A DNA stretch of 61,511 nt from a virus. Its lineage: Duplodnaviria; Caudoviricetes. Of this stretch, positions 36,497 through 46,647 are shown one piece after another; position 1 is the first letter of the stretch; the number at the start of each line of letters is the position of its first letter. The notes beneath the pieces are model-generated. The model ran no database searches and was not told where the DNA came from. It saw nothing but the letters and a program-made list of their open reading frames with translations. The translations under genes and the position numbers were made by a program. Where the stretch lies: IMG/VR virus record IMGVR_UViG_3300044634_003809, positions 1-61,511 of that record; one strand, written 5' to 3'.

Positions 36497-39400
36497 TGCC
36501 TTCAGTTTCTCTCGGAAGCACTGGATATAACATAGTTGTTGGTTCATCCTCGCAAATTTCTGTTGCGACAACATCTTTGCATCAGGAAATTAATAAAGTA
36601 ACTGTTGGATATTCTCCATCACTTAAAGCTACGAGAGAGTCTAATAGTCTTCAGGGAGTTCAGGGAATTCAGGGAGTTTTTGGTGGTCAAGGATCACAAG
36701 GAACTCAAGGATTTATAGGAGATCAAGGAACTCAAGGTCTTCAAGGTTCTTTAAGTAATTTTCAAGGAACTCAAGGTGTTCAGGGATTTAGTGGAGAATA
36801 CGGAGCACAAGGTACTCAAGGTAATCAAGGACTTCAAGGAAATCAAGGTACTCAAGGTACTCAAGGTGTTCAAGGTAACCAAGGAACTCAAGGATCTCAA
36901 GGTGCTCAAGGAACTCAAGGTAACCAAGGTATTCAAGGAACTCAAGGTGCTCAAGGTTTAAGTAATCAAGGAACTCAAGGTGCTCAAGGTTTAAGTAATC
37001 AAGGAACTCAAGGTGCTCAAGGTTTAAGTAATCAGGGTAATCAAGGTGTTCAAGGAAATCAAGGTGTTCAAGGTAACCAAGGCATTCAAGGCACTCAAGG
37101 TAACCAAGGAACTCAAGGAAATCAAGGATCTCAAGGTTTAAGTAATCAAGGAACTCAAGGAACTCAAGGATTTAGTGGTGAATATGGAGCACAAGGCACT
37201 CAAGGTAACCAAGGTAACCAAGGTGTTCAAGGAGATCAGGGTGTTCAGGGTGTTCAGGGGACTCAAGGTGTTCAAGGAGATCAGGGTGTTCAAGGTGTTC
37301 AAGGTTTAAGTAATCAAGGCACTCAAGGCACTCAAGGTGTTCAGGGAATTCAAGGTACTCAAGGTAACCAAGGTGTTCAGGGATTTCAAGGTACTCAAGG
37401 TAACCAAGGTGTTCAGGGATTTCAAGGTACTCAAGGTAACCAAGGTGTTCAGGGAACTCAAGGTGTTCAGGGATTTAGTGGAGAATACGGAGCACAAGGT
37501 AACCAAGGAACTCAAGGATCTTTGGGTACACTTGGATTGACGGGTAGTCAAGGAACTCAAGGAATCCAAGGTTTTCAAGGTGTTCAAGGTTTTCAAGGAA
37601 ATCAAGGTATTCAAGGAAATCAAGGTATTCAAGGTTTAAGTAATCAAGGAACTCAAGGAATTCAAGGAATTCAAGGAATTCAAGGAATTCAAGGAATTCA
37701 AGGTGTTCAAGGTATTCAAGGTATTCAAGGTTTAAGTAATCAAGGGACTCAGGGAACTCAAGGAACTCAGGGAACTCAAGGATTTAGTGGAGAATACGGA
37801 GCACAAGGTAATCAAGGACTTCAAGGAAATCAAGGTACTCAAGGTACTCAAGGTAACCAAGGACTTCAAGGTACTCAAGGTACTCAAGGTACTCAAGGTA
37901 CTCAAGGTAACCAAGGACTTCAAGGAAATCAAGGACTTCAAGGTACTCAAGGAAATCAAGGACTTCAAGGTAATCAAGGTGTTCAAGGTGTTCAAGGTTT
38001 AAGTAATCAAGGTTCTCAAGGTGCTCAAGGATTAAGTAATCAAGGAATCCAAGGTACTCAAGGCCTTCAGGGTGATCAAGGAACTCAAGGCACTCAAGGT
38101 ATCCAGGGTGTTCAAGGTTTAAGTAATCAAGGTACTCAAGGATCTCAAGGATCTCAAGGAACTCAAGGAAGACAAGGTACTCAAGGTGCTCAAGGATTAA
38201 GTAATCAAGGAACCCAAGGTACTCAAGGCCTTCAGGGTGATCAAGGAACTCAAGGCACTCAAGGTATCCAGGGTGTTCAGGGTTTAAGTAATCAAGGTAC
38301 TCAAGGTAACCAAGGTAACCAAGGTTCTCAAGGTTCTCAGGGTCTTCAGGGAAATCGAGGTAATCAAGGTACTCAAGGTGTTCAAGGTAACCAAGGAACT
38401 CAAGGTCTTCAAGGTTTAAGTAATCAAGGTACTCAAGGTGCTCAAGGATTAAGTAATCAAGGAACCCAAGGACCTCAAGGATTAAGTAATCAAGGCACTC
38501 AAGGAGTTCAAGGTTTAAGTAATCAAGGCACTCAAGGACCTCAGGGTACTCAAGGACTTCAAGGTAATCAAGGACCTCAGGGTACTCAAGGAGTTGGATC
38601 TCAAGGTCTTCAGGGCAATCAAGGCAATCAAGGCAATCAAGGTGTTCAAGGTTTAAGTAATCAAGGCACTCAAGGTGTTCAAGGTTTAAGTAATCAAGGA
38701 ATTCAAGGTAATCAAGGTCTTCAAGGTTTAAGTAATCAAGGTGTTCAAGGGATTCAGGGGTCTTTAAGTAATTTTCAAGGTGTTCAAGGAGATCAGGGTG
38801 TTCAAGGACTTAGAGGAGCTCGTGGAGATTTTCAAGGAACTCAAGGAGCTCAAGGAACTGAAGGTGAGCAGGGTACTCAAGGTAATCAAGGAACCCAAGG
38901 TGTTCAGGGTTTAAGTAATCAAGGAACTCAAGGAACTCAAGGTACTCAAGGTACTCAAGGTAACCAAGGTGTTCAGGGACTTCAGGGAACTCAAGGTAAC
39001 CAAGGTGTTCAGGGACTTCAGGGCACTCAAGGTAACCAAGGTACTCAAGGTAACCAAGGTGTTCAGGGCACTCAAGGTACTCAGGGCACTCAAGGTAACC
39101 AAGGTACTCAAGGTACTCAAGGTAACCAAGGTGTTCAGGGACTTCAGGGCACTCAGGGCACTCAAGGCACTCAAGGTAACCAAGGTGTTCAGGGACTTCA
39201 GGGCACTCAAGGTAACCAAGGTACTCAAGGTACTCAAGGTAACCAAGGTGTTCAGGGACTTCAGGGACTTCAGGGCATTCAAGGTGTTCAGGGACTTCAA
39301 GGTACTCAAGGTACTCAGGGCACTCAAGGTAACCAAGGTGTTCAGGGACTTCAGGGCACTCAAGGTGTTCAAGGAGATCAAGGTGTTCAAGGTTTAAGTA

Positions 39401-42400
39401 ATCAAGGTACTCAAGGTGTTCAAGGAGATCAAGGTACTCAAGGTACTACTGGTCCAGTAGCAGGTTCTGCAAATCAAATTGTTTATAAAGATGGTTCAAA
39501 TAATCCTGCCGGATCTAATAATTTAACTTTTGATGGTTCCAATCTTTATGTTGGTGGTAATATCACAATTGGTGGTACTACAGCGTTTATTGCTGTTAAT
39601 GAATTAGTAGTTAAAGATAAAGATATTGTACTTGGTATTAATACAGATTCTTTTGGTAATGATATCTCTACAGATACAACAGCAAGTAGTGGTGGTATTG
39701 CTATTGCATCGACTGAAGGAACTCCATTAATTAGTATGAACTCTGGTGGAGAAATAACACCAGATACCTATAAGCAATTGATGTGGTTTAAGTCCGGTAG
39801 TTGTACAGGACTCAATACTGATGCTTGGATATTCAATTATGGTGTTGGTATTGGTACAACCATAATAAGTAACGGTGTAAGACTTGCTGCAGGTGCTATT
39901 AATGTCTTAGATAATAAATTAAACGTAAATGGCGATATTGATTTTAGTGGAACATTCTATCAGAATGGAAGTCCCTTTGTAGCATCAAGATGGTCTGCTG
40001 GAACTGGGAATAATATTTACCGATTAAATGGTAATGTTGGTATTGCAACCACAGATCCAACAGATTCCTTGGATGTAAATGGAAATATAAGAGTTCGTTC
40101 TGGACTTAAAGATTATTATGGAAATGTAGGTACTGCCGGTTCAATTTTAGTTTCAACTGGTGTTGGAGTTTCTTGGGCCACTGCATTTGATGCTGGACTT
40201 CAAGGAACTCAAGGTGTTCAAGGTGTTCAAGGACTTCAGGGAACTCAAGGAACTCAAGGACTTCAAGGAACTCAAGGACTTCAGGGAACTCAAGGAACTC
40301 AAGGAACTCAAGGTGTTCAAGGAACTCAAGGTGTTCAAGGAGATCAGGGTGTTCAGGGGACTCAAGGTAACCAAGGTGTTCAGGGACTTCAAGGAACTCA
40401 AGGACTTCAGGGCACTCAAGGATTACAAGGTAACCAAGGACTAAGCAACCAAGGTGTTCAAGGAACTCAAGGACTTCAGGGAACTCAAGGAACTCAAGGA
40501 CTTCAGGGAACTCAAGGAACTCAAGGATCTCAAGGACTTCAGGGAACCCAAGGACTTCAGGGAACCCAAGGAACCCAAGGACTTCAGGGAACCCAAGGAA
40601 CTCAAGGAGTTGGTACTCAAGGTAGCCAAGGTGTTCAGGGACTTCAGGGAACTCAAGGACTTCAAGGCAATCAAGGACTTCAAGGCACTCAAGGTACTCA
40701 AGGTGTTTTGGGTGCTCAGGGAACTCAAGGCACTCAAGGTATTCAAGGTATTTTGGGTGCTCAGGGAACTCAAGGAACTCAAGGAAGACAGGGGACACAA
40801 GGAACTCAAGGTGTTCTGGGAATTCAAGGATCTCAGGGTACTCAAGGTAATCAAGGACCTCAGGGAACTCAAGGAACTCAAGGAACTCAAGGTAATCAAG
40901 GACCTCAGGGAACTCAAGGAACTCAAGGTAATCAAGGACTTCAGGGCACTCAAGGAACTCAAGGTAATCAAGGACCTCAGGGTACTCAAGGAACTCAAGG
41001 AGTTGGATCTCAAGGTCTTCAAGGTACTCAAGGTACTCAAGGAAGACAAGGAACTCAAGGAGTTGGATCTCAAGGAACACAAGGTGTTCAAGGTATCGTA
41101 GGTCCAGTAGCAGGATCTGCCAATCAGATTGTTTATAAGGACGGTTCAAATAATCCTACAGGTTCTAACAGTCTTACATATACCGGAACAGTATCTGGTG
41201 TTGGTACTGTGGGAATCGGTACTATTATTGATATTGTTCATTATGATACTTTAAATTCGGGTACTCTTTCGTTTGAAGGTTCTGCAGGACAACTCTTTAG
41301 TATTACAAACAATTTAACAACTGGAAGTATCTTTAGTGTAAATGATGTTTCAGGTATTCCAAGTATTGATGTAGATGCAAATGGTACTGTTGAACTGGCA
41401 CCTTTTGGTGGCAATGTTGGTGTTGGTCTTACAAATCCAACAAATACGTTCCATATTTCTGGTTCTCCTGGTACAATAGTGAGAATTGATGGCGGCGCTG
41501 CTGGAACAGGAACAAGAGATATTTTTATCAGTGAATTTAATACAACGGCATATGGTGGTATTATACGTTATGATAGTACTGCAGATTTATTTACTTTTGG
41601 AACTGTAGAAAATTCTACGTTCCAATATGCATTAAATGTTGGAAGAAGTACTGGAAATGTTTCTATAGGAAATAGTACTGTAGGATCCACATTTAAATTA
41701 GATGTATTTGGAAATATTCGTTTAGGTAGTAACGTATCTGGTGCGACTGGAACACCTGCATATTTAAGTTTAGGTCAAAGTTTTTCTAGTGGTTCTGCAA
41801 GATCAAATTGCAAAATTCGTCTTTATGATAATGGTGCCGATGTTTATGGGTTTAGTGTTGGTTCTGCAGGTGATGTTCAATACCATTCAACAACAACTCA
41901 CCAATTTTATAATAGTGATGTAGCAACTTTATCGGTAAATGGTACTGCACCATCTTATAAAGGAAATACAATCTGGCACGCAGGTAACGATGGTTCTGGA
42001 AGTAGTTTAGATGCTGATTTACTTGATGGAAATGATAGTTCTTATTTCTTAAATACTAGTACGCCTGGTCAATCCAAGACCGGACAATTATGGGCTTCTT
42101 ATGGAAGCACTTCAATTGGAGGTTATAGTTGGGTTGATGCTGCATTCACTACAAACTCTATTGAAATTGTCAATAATAATGGAACGGTAACTAATTTATC
42201 ACCAACTCTTGCATTCCACAGATACGGAAGTGGTGGTCCGCAGTTTAGATTAGACCCCACAGGAACAAATGTTTTATATCTAGAATCTGCAAATGCGAAT
42301 AGTGCAAGAAATCCAAATTCCCAAGGAAATACATATTTTGCTTCATTAAGTTTAACTAGTTCAGATACAAATGGAATATATGTAAATACAAACAAAGTAT

Positions 42401-45400
42401 GGCACGCTGGTAATGATGGTTCTGGAAGTGGTCTTGATGCTGATTTACTTGATGGTCTTAATTCGGCAACAGCAAACACGGTATCCACTATAGTTGCCCG
42501 TGATGCTTCTGGTAACTTTAGTGCTGGTACTATAACAGCAGGTTCTTTTGTAAAATCCGGTGGAACCTCAACACAATTCTTAAAGGCAGATGGATCTGTT
42601 GATTCCAATACTTATATTACATCAGGATCTATTGGAAATGGTACTTTAACTCTTAATGTTTCTGGTACTGGTTTAAGTGGTTCTCAAACATTTACTGCTA
42701 ACCAAAGTAGTAATGCAACATTTACAGTAACCTCTAATGCTACTTCAGCGAATACGGTATCCACTATAGTTGCTCGTGATGCTTCTGGTAACTTTAGTGC
42801 TGGTACTATTACTGCTGCATTAAGTGGTAATGCAACAACAGCATCATCAACTCCAGGTTGTACTTTTTCAAATGATGCAACAAATCGTGCTGATATCACT
42901 ACAAGAGTGGATAGTGGTTTTTATGAGCACGATACTGCAACAACTGGAGAAGGTTGGCCATTAACCTCTAATACCTGGGCACATTTGCTTGCTTGTACGC
43001 ATAGTAATGATGCAAATTATTACTCAATGCAGATTTCCGCGAGTTTTTACAATAATAGCGACTTATTTTATAGATCGACAAATGGAAGTGGAACTACTGC
43101 CTGGACTAGAATTTGGAATGCAACAAATGATGGTTCTGGTAGTGGTCTTGATGCTGATTTACTTGATGGTCTTAATGCAACAACAGCAAACACTGGTTCT
43201 ACTATTGTTTCTAGAGACTCTTCTGGTAACTTTAGTGCTGGTACTATTACTGCTACGTTAAGTGGTTCTGCATCATCATTAGCCCTTTCTAGTGCTACGA
43301 TTTCTTCAAGTAGTTGGGCTGGTGGTAGTGGATATCACGGTTATACTTATAGTGGTGGTAATTTTAGATTTGGTTTTTCCTCAACTTCTGGAGTTGTTGA
43401 TGTTTATGCTGATGGTAATTTTTACGCTACTGATAGTTCTCATTTAGTATGGCACGCTGGTAATGATGGTTCTGGTAGTGGTCTTGATGCTGATTTACTT
43501 GATGGTCTTAATAGTAGTTCATTTGTGAGAACAGATTCTCGTTCCGCAATATCAATAAATTCAAGGGGAACTTCTTATACAGCATCAAGTTTAGAGTTAT
43601 ATACAGGAGACAATACTCCCCCTGGTTTATCTTTTCATAGGGGTGGATACTCTGCTGTAAATTTATATGAAAGTAATGGATATCTATATCAAGAGAGATG
43701 GGCGGGGGGAGGTGGATTAATTTGGCACTCTGGTAATGATGGTTCTGGAAGTGGTCTTGATGCTGATTTACTTGATGGTATTAATAGTTCTGCTTTCTTG
43801 TATGATAAAGGAAATTCTCCCACAGATTTAAATACCGCTGGTATGGGTATATGGAGAATTAATACCGGACAAACAAATCAACCTTCTGGAACAGACTATG
43901 GAACTTTAGTTAGTATTGACAATTCATCAGATACTGGTTTTCAATTGGCGTCAGATTATACATCAACTAATTTTTATTGGAGGTCTGGAAATTCATCTAT
44001 TTATGGTGGTGGCGGATCTTTTGGAAGTTGGAGAAAAATATGGCATGATGGTAATGATGGTTCTGGAAGTGGTTTAGATGCTGATTTACTTGATGGTTAT
44101 AATACTTCAACTTCAGGAAGCGCAAATACCATTGCTCTAAGAGAAGGTAACGGCCATCTTTATATGAATTATGGTTTTGCTAATTATTTTAATTCTCCAG
44201 ATGACGTAAGTGCCGGAACCATTACTTATATTATGGCAAAGTTTGGTGATAATTATTATCGTTCTGCCACTGCCGCAAAGGTCGCTTCCTTTATTAGTGG
44301 TCAGACTATGAATATTAGTGGTAATGCTACTACAGCAAGTAGTAGTCCGACTTTATCAGCACTTTCAAACTATGTCTGGAGTGCTTCCACTCTTCCGACA
44401 TCTTTTGCGAGTGGTATTCAATGCTCTTTTGTATCTTCTACTGAAGGATTCCAAAATTATGGGTCCGTAATGACAATGAGAACATACGCTGGAGGTGGCG
44501 GGTCTTTACAACTTTATGTTCCATACTCACCAACTTATGGCGGGAACGGAATGCAAGTCAGATTTGGCAATTATGATGTTTCCTCTGGAAATTCTTGGAC
44601 CTCTTGGAAAACTGTATGGGATTCCGGTAATGATGGTTCTGGAAGTGGTTTAGATGCTGATTTACTTGATGGATTGCAATTGCATACTGGAAGAAATAAT
44701 GAGGCAAATAAAGTCGTAAGAACTGACGGTAGTGGATACTTACAGACCGGGTATATCAACTCATCTAATGGAAATGAAGGTAATAACAGTAGTCCAGCAA
44801 GGGTATGGGGTACAAATGGTAGTGATGATTATTTAAGAACTTATTTGACAAGTGCTCTTTCTGCGGGTTATTCAATAAACTATACTCAAGGTTTCAACTC
44901 CAACTGGAACACTGATTTCCAAGCAGCACCTGCAGGAAGTACAATTCTTCGTGGTGATACATCCACTGGAAGTTCTACTGGTGGTCCTGGCGGAACTTGG
45001 TGGTTCCAACAAAATATGCGACACACAAACTCTAGTAATTTCTGGGGCGTTCAGGTTGCTTGGGGATGGGAAGATAATGCAAACCGATTAAGAACAAGAA
45101 ATGTTCAAAATGGTAGTTATGGTGGTTGGGTTAATTACTGGAATGATAATAATGATGGAGCAGGTAGTGGTCTTGATGCTGATTTATTGGATGGATTTAA
45201 CTCCGACAGATTCTTGAGATCCTTAGGTCATCCTGGATATGGTGATTGGAACACCTTTGGAAATGCTCAACAAACCGTTTATGAGATATTACAAGAGAAC
45301 TTTAACGCTGGGACTAACACCGGAAGTTCTAATTTTCCGACTAATAGGGCATATAATTACGGAACATTGGTAAATTTTGGTGCTAATAGTTCCGCAAGAG

Positions 45401-46647
45401 CACAGGTCTATATTAGCCATGCTGGTAATGACTTAATCTTTAGAGGCGGTTGGGGTACTGCAAGTTGGCAAACTTGGAATAGGGTCTGGACAGACATCAA
45501 TGATGGTTCTGGTAGTGGTTTAGATGCTGACTTACTTGACGGTATCAATTCTGGAAGTTTTTACAGATCTGATGCTAGTAATACTGCATTTGGTGGTGTA
45601 TTTACGTTCAGGTCTGCAGATTCAGTTGATGTTACGAATACTGGTCAAATTAATGGTCTTCAAGTATATCAAAATAATGCAGGAGCAGATGCATTAATGT
45701 CGTTCCACGTAGGAGGAGATTTCGCCTGTCACTTTGGATTAAGTGGCGGTGTAAATGATCTGGTTGTTGGTGGATGGAGTTTTGGTGCAAATGAATATAG
45801 AGTTTGGCACGCAGGAAATGATGGTTCTGGAACTGGATTAGATGCTGATTTATGGGATGGATATCAACTTTCAACAAGAACAAACTGGTCTTCTAATAGT
45901 GCCGGTAATATTGTCGTTGGTCAGTTGTCTTGGAAAAACTATGGTAATAATCACACTATATTTGATGCTTCTAACGGCACTTCTCCAGATGGTGGGGCAG
46001 TCAGCAATACAGATTCTCAAGTTGCTTGGACTGGAACATATCCAACTCTTATGGGGTGGAACGGTGCAAATACATATGGAGTAAGAGTTGATAGTGCTAG
46101 AGTTTCTGATAGCACATCATCAGTATCTTCATCTGTTTTGGGTAGTGGAACCGCAAATAGTACAACATATCTTCGTGGGGATAGAACTTGGCAAACTATT
46201 AGTGGAGGGGCAACTCTTTCAAATGATACGACTACAAATGCCACTTGGTATCCAACATTAAGTTCTGCGACTTCAGGAACATATTCAACAGCATATGTTT
46301 CAAATACTAAACTAACATTCAACCCATCTACAGGAACATTATCTGCAACAGTCTTTACATCACTATCTGACAAATCTCAAAAAACTAACATAAGATCTAT
46401 TGAAAATGCACTTGATATCACTAAACAACTTAATGGTGTTAGATTTAATTGGATAGATAATAATAAACCTTCAGTTGGTGTAATTGCACAAGAAGTTGAA
46501 AATGTATTTTCAGAACTTGTTGAAGAAGTTAATGAACATAAAACTGTAAATTATAATGGATTAGTTGCATTATTGATAGAAGCAATCAAAGAGCAACAAG
46601 AACAAATAAATACTTTAAGAAAAGAAATTCAAAATTTAAAAAAATGA
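36496..46647 (+). CDS. Giant collagen-like tail fibre (3383 aa) with modular knob region and C-terminal peptidase S74 chaperone
   Basis: Two Gly-X-Gln tracts; ten W-x3-NDGSGSGLDADLLDG-type linkers; pyocin-knob-like modules; C-terminal SDKSQKTNI...GVIAQEVE...VNYNGLVALLIEAIKE. Confidence 0.9.
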   Translation: MPSVSLGSTGYNIVVGSSSQISVATTSLHQEINKVTVGYSPSLKATRESNSLQGVQGIQGVFGGQGSQGTQGFIGDQGTQGLQGSLSNFQGTQGVQGFSGEYGAQGTQGNQGLQGNQGTQGTQGVQGNQGTQGSQGAQGTQGNQGIQGTQGAQGLSNQGTQGAQGLSNQGTQGAQGLSNQGNQGVQGNQGVQGNQGIQGTQGNQGTQGNQGSQGLSNQGTQGTQGFSGEYGAQGTQGNQGNQGVQGDQGVQGVQGTQGVQGDQGVQGVQGLSNQGTQGTQGVQGIQGTQGNQGVQGFQGTQGNQGVQGFQGTQGNQGVQGTQGVQGFSGEYGAQGNQGTQGSLGTLGLTGSQGTQGIQGFQGVQGFQGNQGIQGNQGIQGLSNQGTQGIQGIQGIQGIQGIQGVQGIQGIQGLSNQGTQGTQGTQGTQGFSGEYGAQGNQGLQGNQGTQGTQGNQGLQGTQGTQGTQGTQGNQGLQGNQGLQGTQGNQGLQGNQGVQGVQGLSNQGSQGAQGLSNQGIQGTQGLQGDQGTQGTQGIQGVQGLSNQGTQGSQGSQGTQGRQGTQGAQGLSNQGTQGTQGLQGDQGTQGTQGIQGVQGLSNQGTQGNQGNQGSQGSQGLQGNRGNQGTQGVQGNQGTQGLQGLSNQGTQGAQGLSNQGTQGPQGLSNQGTQGVQGLSNQGTQGPQGTQGLQGNQGPQGTQGVGSQGLQGNQGNQGNQGVQGLSNQGTQGVQGLSNQGIQGNQGLQGLSNQGVQGIQGSLSNFQGVQGDQGVQGLRGARGDFQGTQGAQGTEGEQGTQGNQGTQGVQGLSNQGTQGTQGTQGTQGNQGVQGLQGTQGNQGVQGLQGTQGNQGTQGNQGVQGTQGTQGTQGNQGTQGTQGNQGVQGLQGTQGTQGTQGNQGVQGLQGTQGNQGTQGTQGNQGVQGLQGLQGIQGVQGLQGTQGTQGTQGNQGVQGLQGTQGVQGDQGVQGLSNQGTQGVQGDQGTQGTTGPVAGSANQIVYKDGSNNPAGSNNLTFDGSNLYVGGNITIGGTTAFIAVNELVVKDKDIVLGINTDSFGNDISTDTTASSGGIAIASTEGTPLISMNSGGEITPDTYKQLMWFKSGSCTGLNTDAWIFNYGVGIGTTIISNGVRLAAGAINVLDNKLNVNGDIDFSGTFYQNGSPFVASRWSAGTGNNIYRLNGNVGIATTDPTDSLDVNGNIRVRSGLKDYYGNVGTAGSILVSTGVGVSWATAFDAGLQGTQGVQGVQGLQGTQGTQGLQGTQGLQGTQGTQGTQGVQGTQGVQGDQGVQGTQGNQGVQGLQGTQGLQGTQGLQGNQGLSNQGVQGTQGLQGTQGTQGLQGTQGTQGSQGLQGTQGLQGTQGTQGLQGTQGTQGVGTQGSQGVQGLQGTQGLQGNQGLQGTQGTQGVLGAQGTQGTQGIQGILGAQGTQGTQGRQGTQGTQGVLGIQGSQGTQGNQGPQGTQGTQGTQGNQGPQGTQGTQGNQGLQGTQGTQGNQGPQGTQGTQGVGSQGLQGTQGTQGRQGTQGVGSQGTQGVQGIVGPVAGSANQIVYKDGSNNPTGSNSLTYTGTVSGVGTVGIGTIIDIVHYDTLNSGTLSFEGSAGQLFSITNNLTTGSIFSVNDVSGIPSIDVDANGTVELAPFGGNVGVGLTNPTNTFHISGSPGTIVRIDGGAAGTGTRDIFISEFNTTAYGGIIRYDSTADLFTFGTVENSTFQYALNVGRSTGNVSIGNSTVGSTFKLDVFGNIRLGSNVSGATGTPAYLSLGQSFSSGSARSNCKIRLYDNGADVYGFSVGSAGDVQYHSTTTHQFYNSDVATLSVNGTAPSYKGNTIWHAGNDGSGSSLDADLLDGNDSSYFLNTSTPGQSKTGQLWASYGSTSIGGYSWVDAAFTTNSIEIVNNNGTVTNLSPTLAFHRYGSGGPQFRLDPTGTNVLYLESANANSARNPNSQGNTYFASLSLTSSDTNGIYVNTNKVWHAGNDGSGSGLDADLLDGLNSATANTVSTIVARDASGNFSAGTITAGSFVKSGGTSTQFLKADGSVDSNTYITSGSIGNGTLTLNVSGTGLSGSQTFTANQSSNATFTVTSNATSANTVSTIVARDASGNFSAGTITAALSGNATTASSTPGCTFSNDATNRADITTRVDSGFYEHDTATTGEGWPLTSNTWAHLLACTHSNDANYYSMQISASFYNNSDLFYRSTNGSGTTAWTRIWNATNDGSGSGLDADLLDGLNATTANTGSTIVSRDSSGNFSAGTITATLSGSASSLALSSATISSSSWAGGSGYHGYTYSGGNFRFGFSSTSGVVDVYADGNFYATDSSHLVWHAGNDGSGSGLDADLLDGLNSSSFVRTDSRSAISINSRGTSYTASSLELYTGDNTPPGLSFHRGGYSAVNLYESNGYLYQERWAGGGGLIWHSGNDGSGSGLDADLLDGINSSAFLYDKGNSPTDLNTAGMGIWRINTGQTNQPSGTDYGTLVSIDNSSDTGFQLASDYTSTNFYWRSGNSSIYGGGGSFGSWRKIWHDGNDGSGSGLDADLLDGYNTSTSGSANTIALREGNGHLYMNYGFANYFNSPDDVSAGTITYIMAKFGDNYYRSATAAKVASFISGQTMNISGNATTASSSPTLSALSNYVWSASTLPTSFASGIQCSFVSSTEGFQNYGSVMTMRTYAGGGGSLQLYVPYSPTYGGNGMQVRFGNYDVSSGNSWTSWKTVWDSGNDGSGSGLDADLLDGLQLHTGRNNEANKVVRTDGSGYLQTGYINSSNGNEGNNSSPARVWGTNGSDDYLRTYLTSALSAGYSINYTQGFNSNWNTDFQAAPAGSTILRGDTSTGSSTGGPGGTWWFQQNMRHTNSSNFWGVQVAWGWEDNANRLRTRNVQNGSYGGWVNYWNDNNDGAGSGLDADLLDGFNSDRFLRSLGHPGYGDWNTFGNAQQTVYEILQENFNAGTNTGSSNFPTNRAYNYGTLVNFGANSSARAQVYISHAGNDLIFRGGWGTASWQTWNRVWTDINDGSGSGLDADLLDGINSGSFYRSDASNTAFGGVFTFRSADSVDVTNTGQINGLQVYQNNAGADALMSFHVGGDFACHFGLSGGVNDLVVGGWSFGANEYRVWHAGNDGSGTGLDADLWDGYQLSTRTNWSSNSAGNIVVGQLSWKNYGNNHTIFDASNGTSPDGGAVSNTDSQVAWTGTYPTLMGWNGANTYGVRVDSARVSDSTSSVSSSVLGSGTANSTTYLRGDRTWQTISGGATLSNDTTTNATWYPTLSSATSGTYSTAYVSNTKLTFNPSTGTLSATVFTSLSDKSQKTNIRSIENALDITKQLNGVRFNWIDNNKPSVGVIAQEVENVFSELVEEVNEHKTVNYNGLVALLIEAIKEQQEQINTLRKEIQNLKK
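36652..39450 (+). repeat. Collagen tract 1 of giant fibre (~930 aa)
   Basis: QG[TVNLISA] triplets with recurring LSN, FSGEYGA and SLSNF interruptions. Confidence 0.95.
40195..41100 (+). repeat. Collagen tract 2 of giant fibre (~300 aa)
   Basis: QG[TLV] triplets; like tract 1, ends in GPVAGSANQIVYKDGSNNP. Confidence 0.95.
41974..45861 (+). repeat. Ten dispersed in-frame ~57-bp linker repeats (W-x3-NDGSGSGLDADLLDG)
   Basis: Trp codons at 41974, 42400, 43114, 43450, 43723, 44041, 44617, 45139, 45487, 45805. Confidence 0.95.

Noticed and set aside
26491-41149. Long alternative-frame and antisense ORFs over the collagen tracts (KELKELKVFK..., LEFLEFLE..., LSTLSSL...)
   Set aside because: Expected by-products of a stop-free 9-bp repeat; no RBS and no non-repetitive domains; no slippery site identified to suggest programmed frameshifting
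41974-45861. CRISPR-like array or invertase shufflon
   Set aside because: Repeats are in-frame coding direct repeats with 273-714 bp spacing; no cas genes, inverted sites or recombinase
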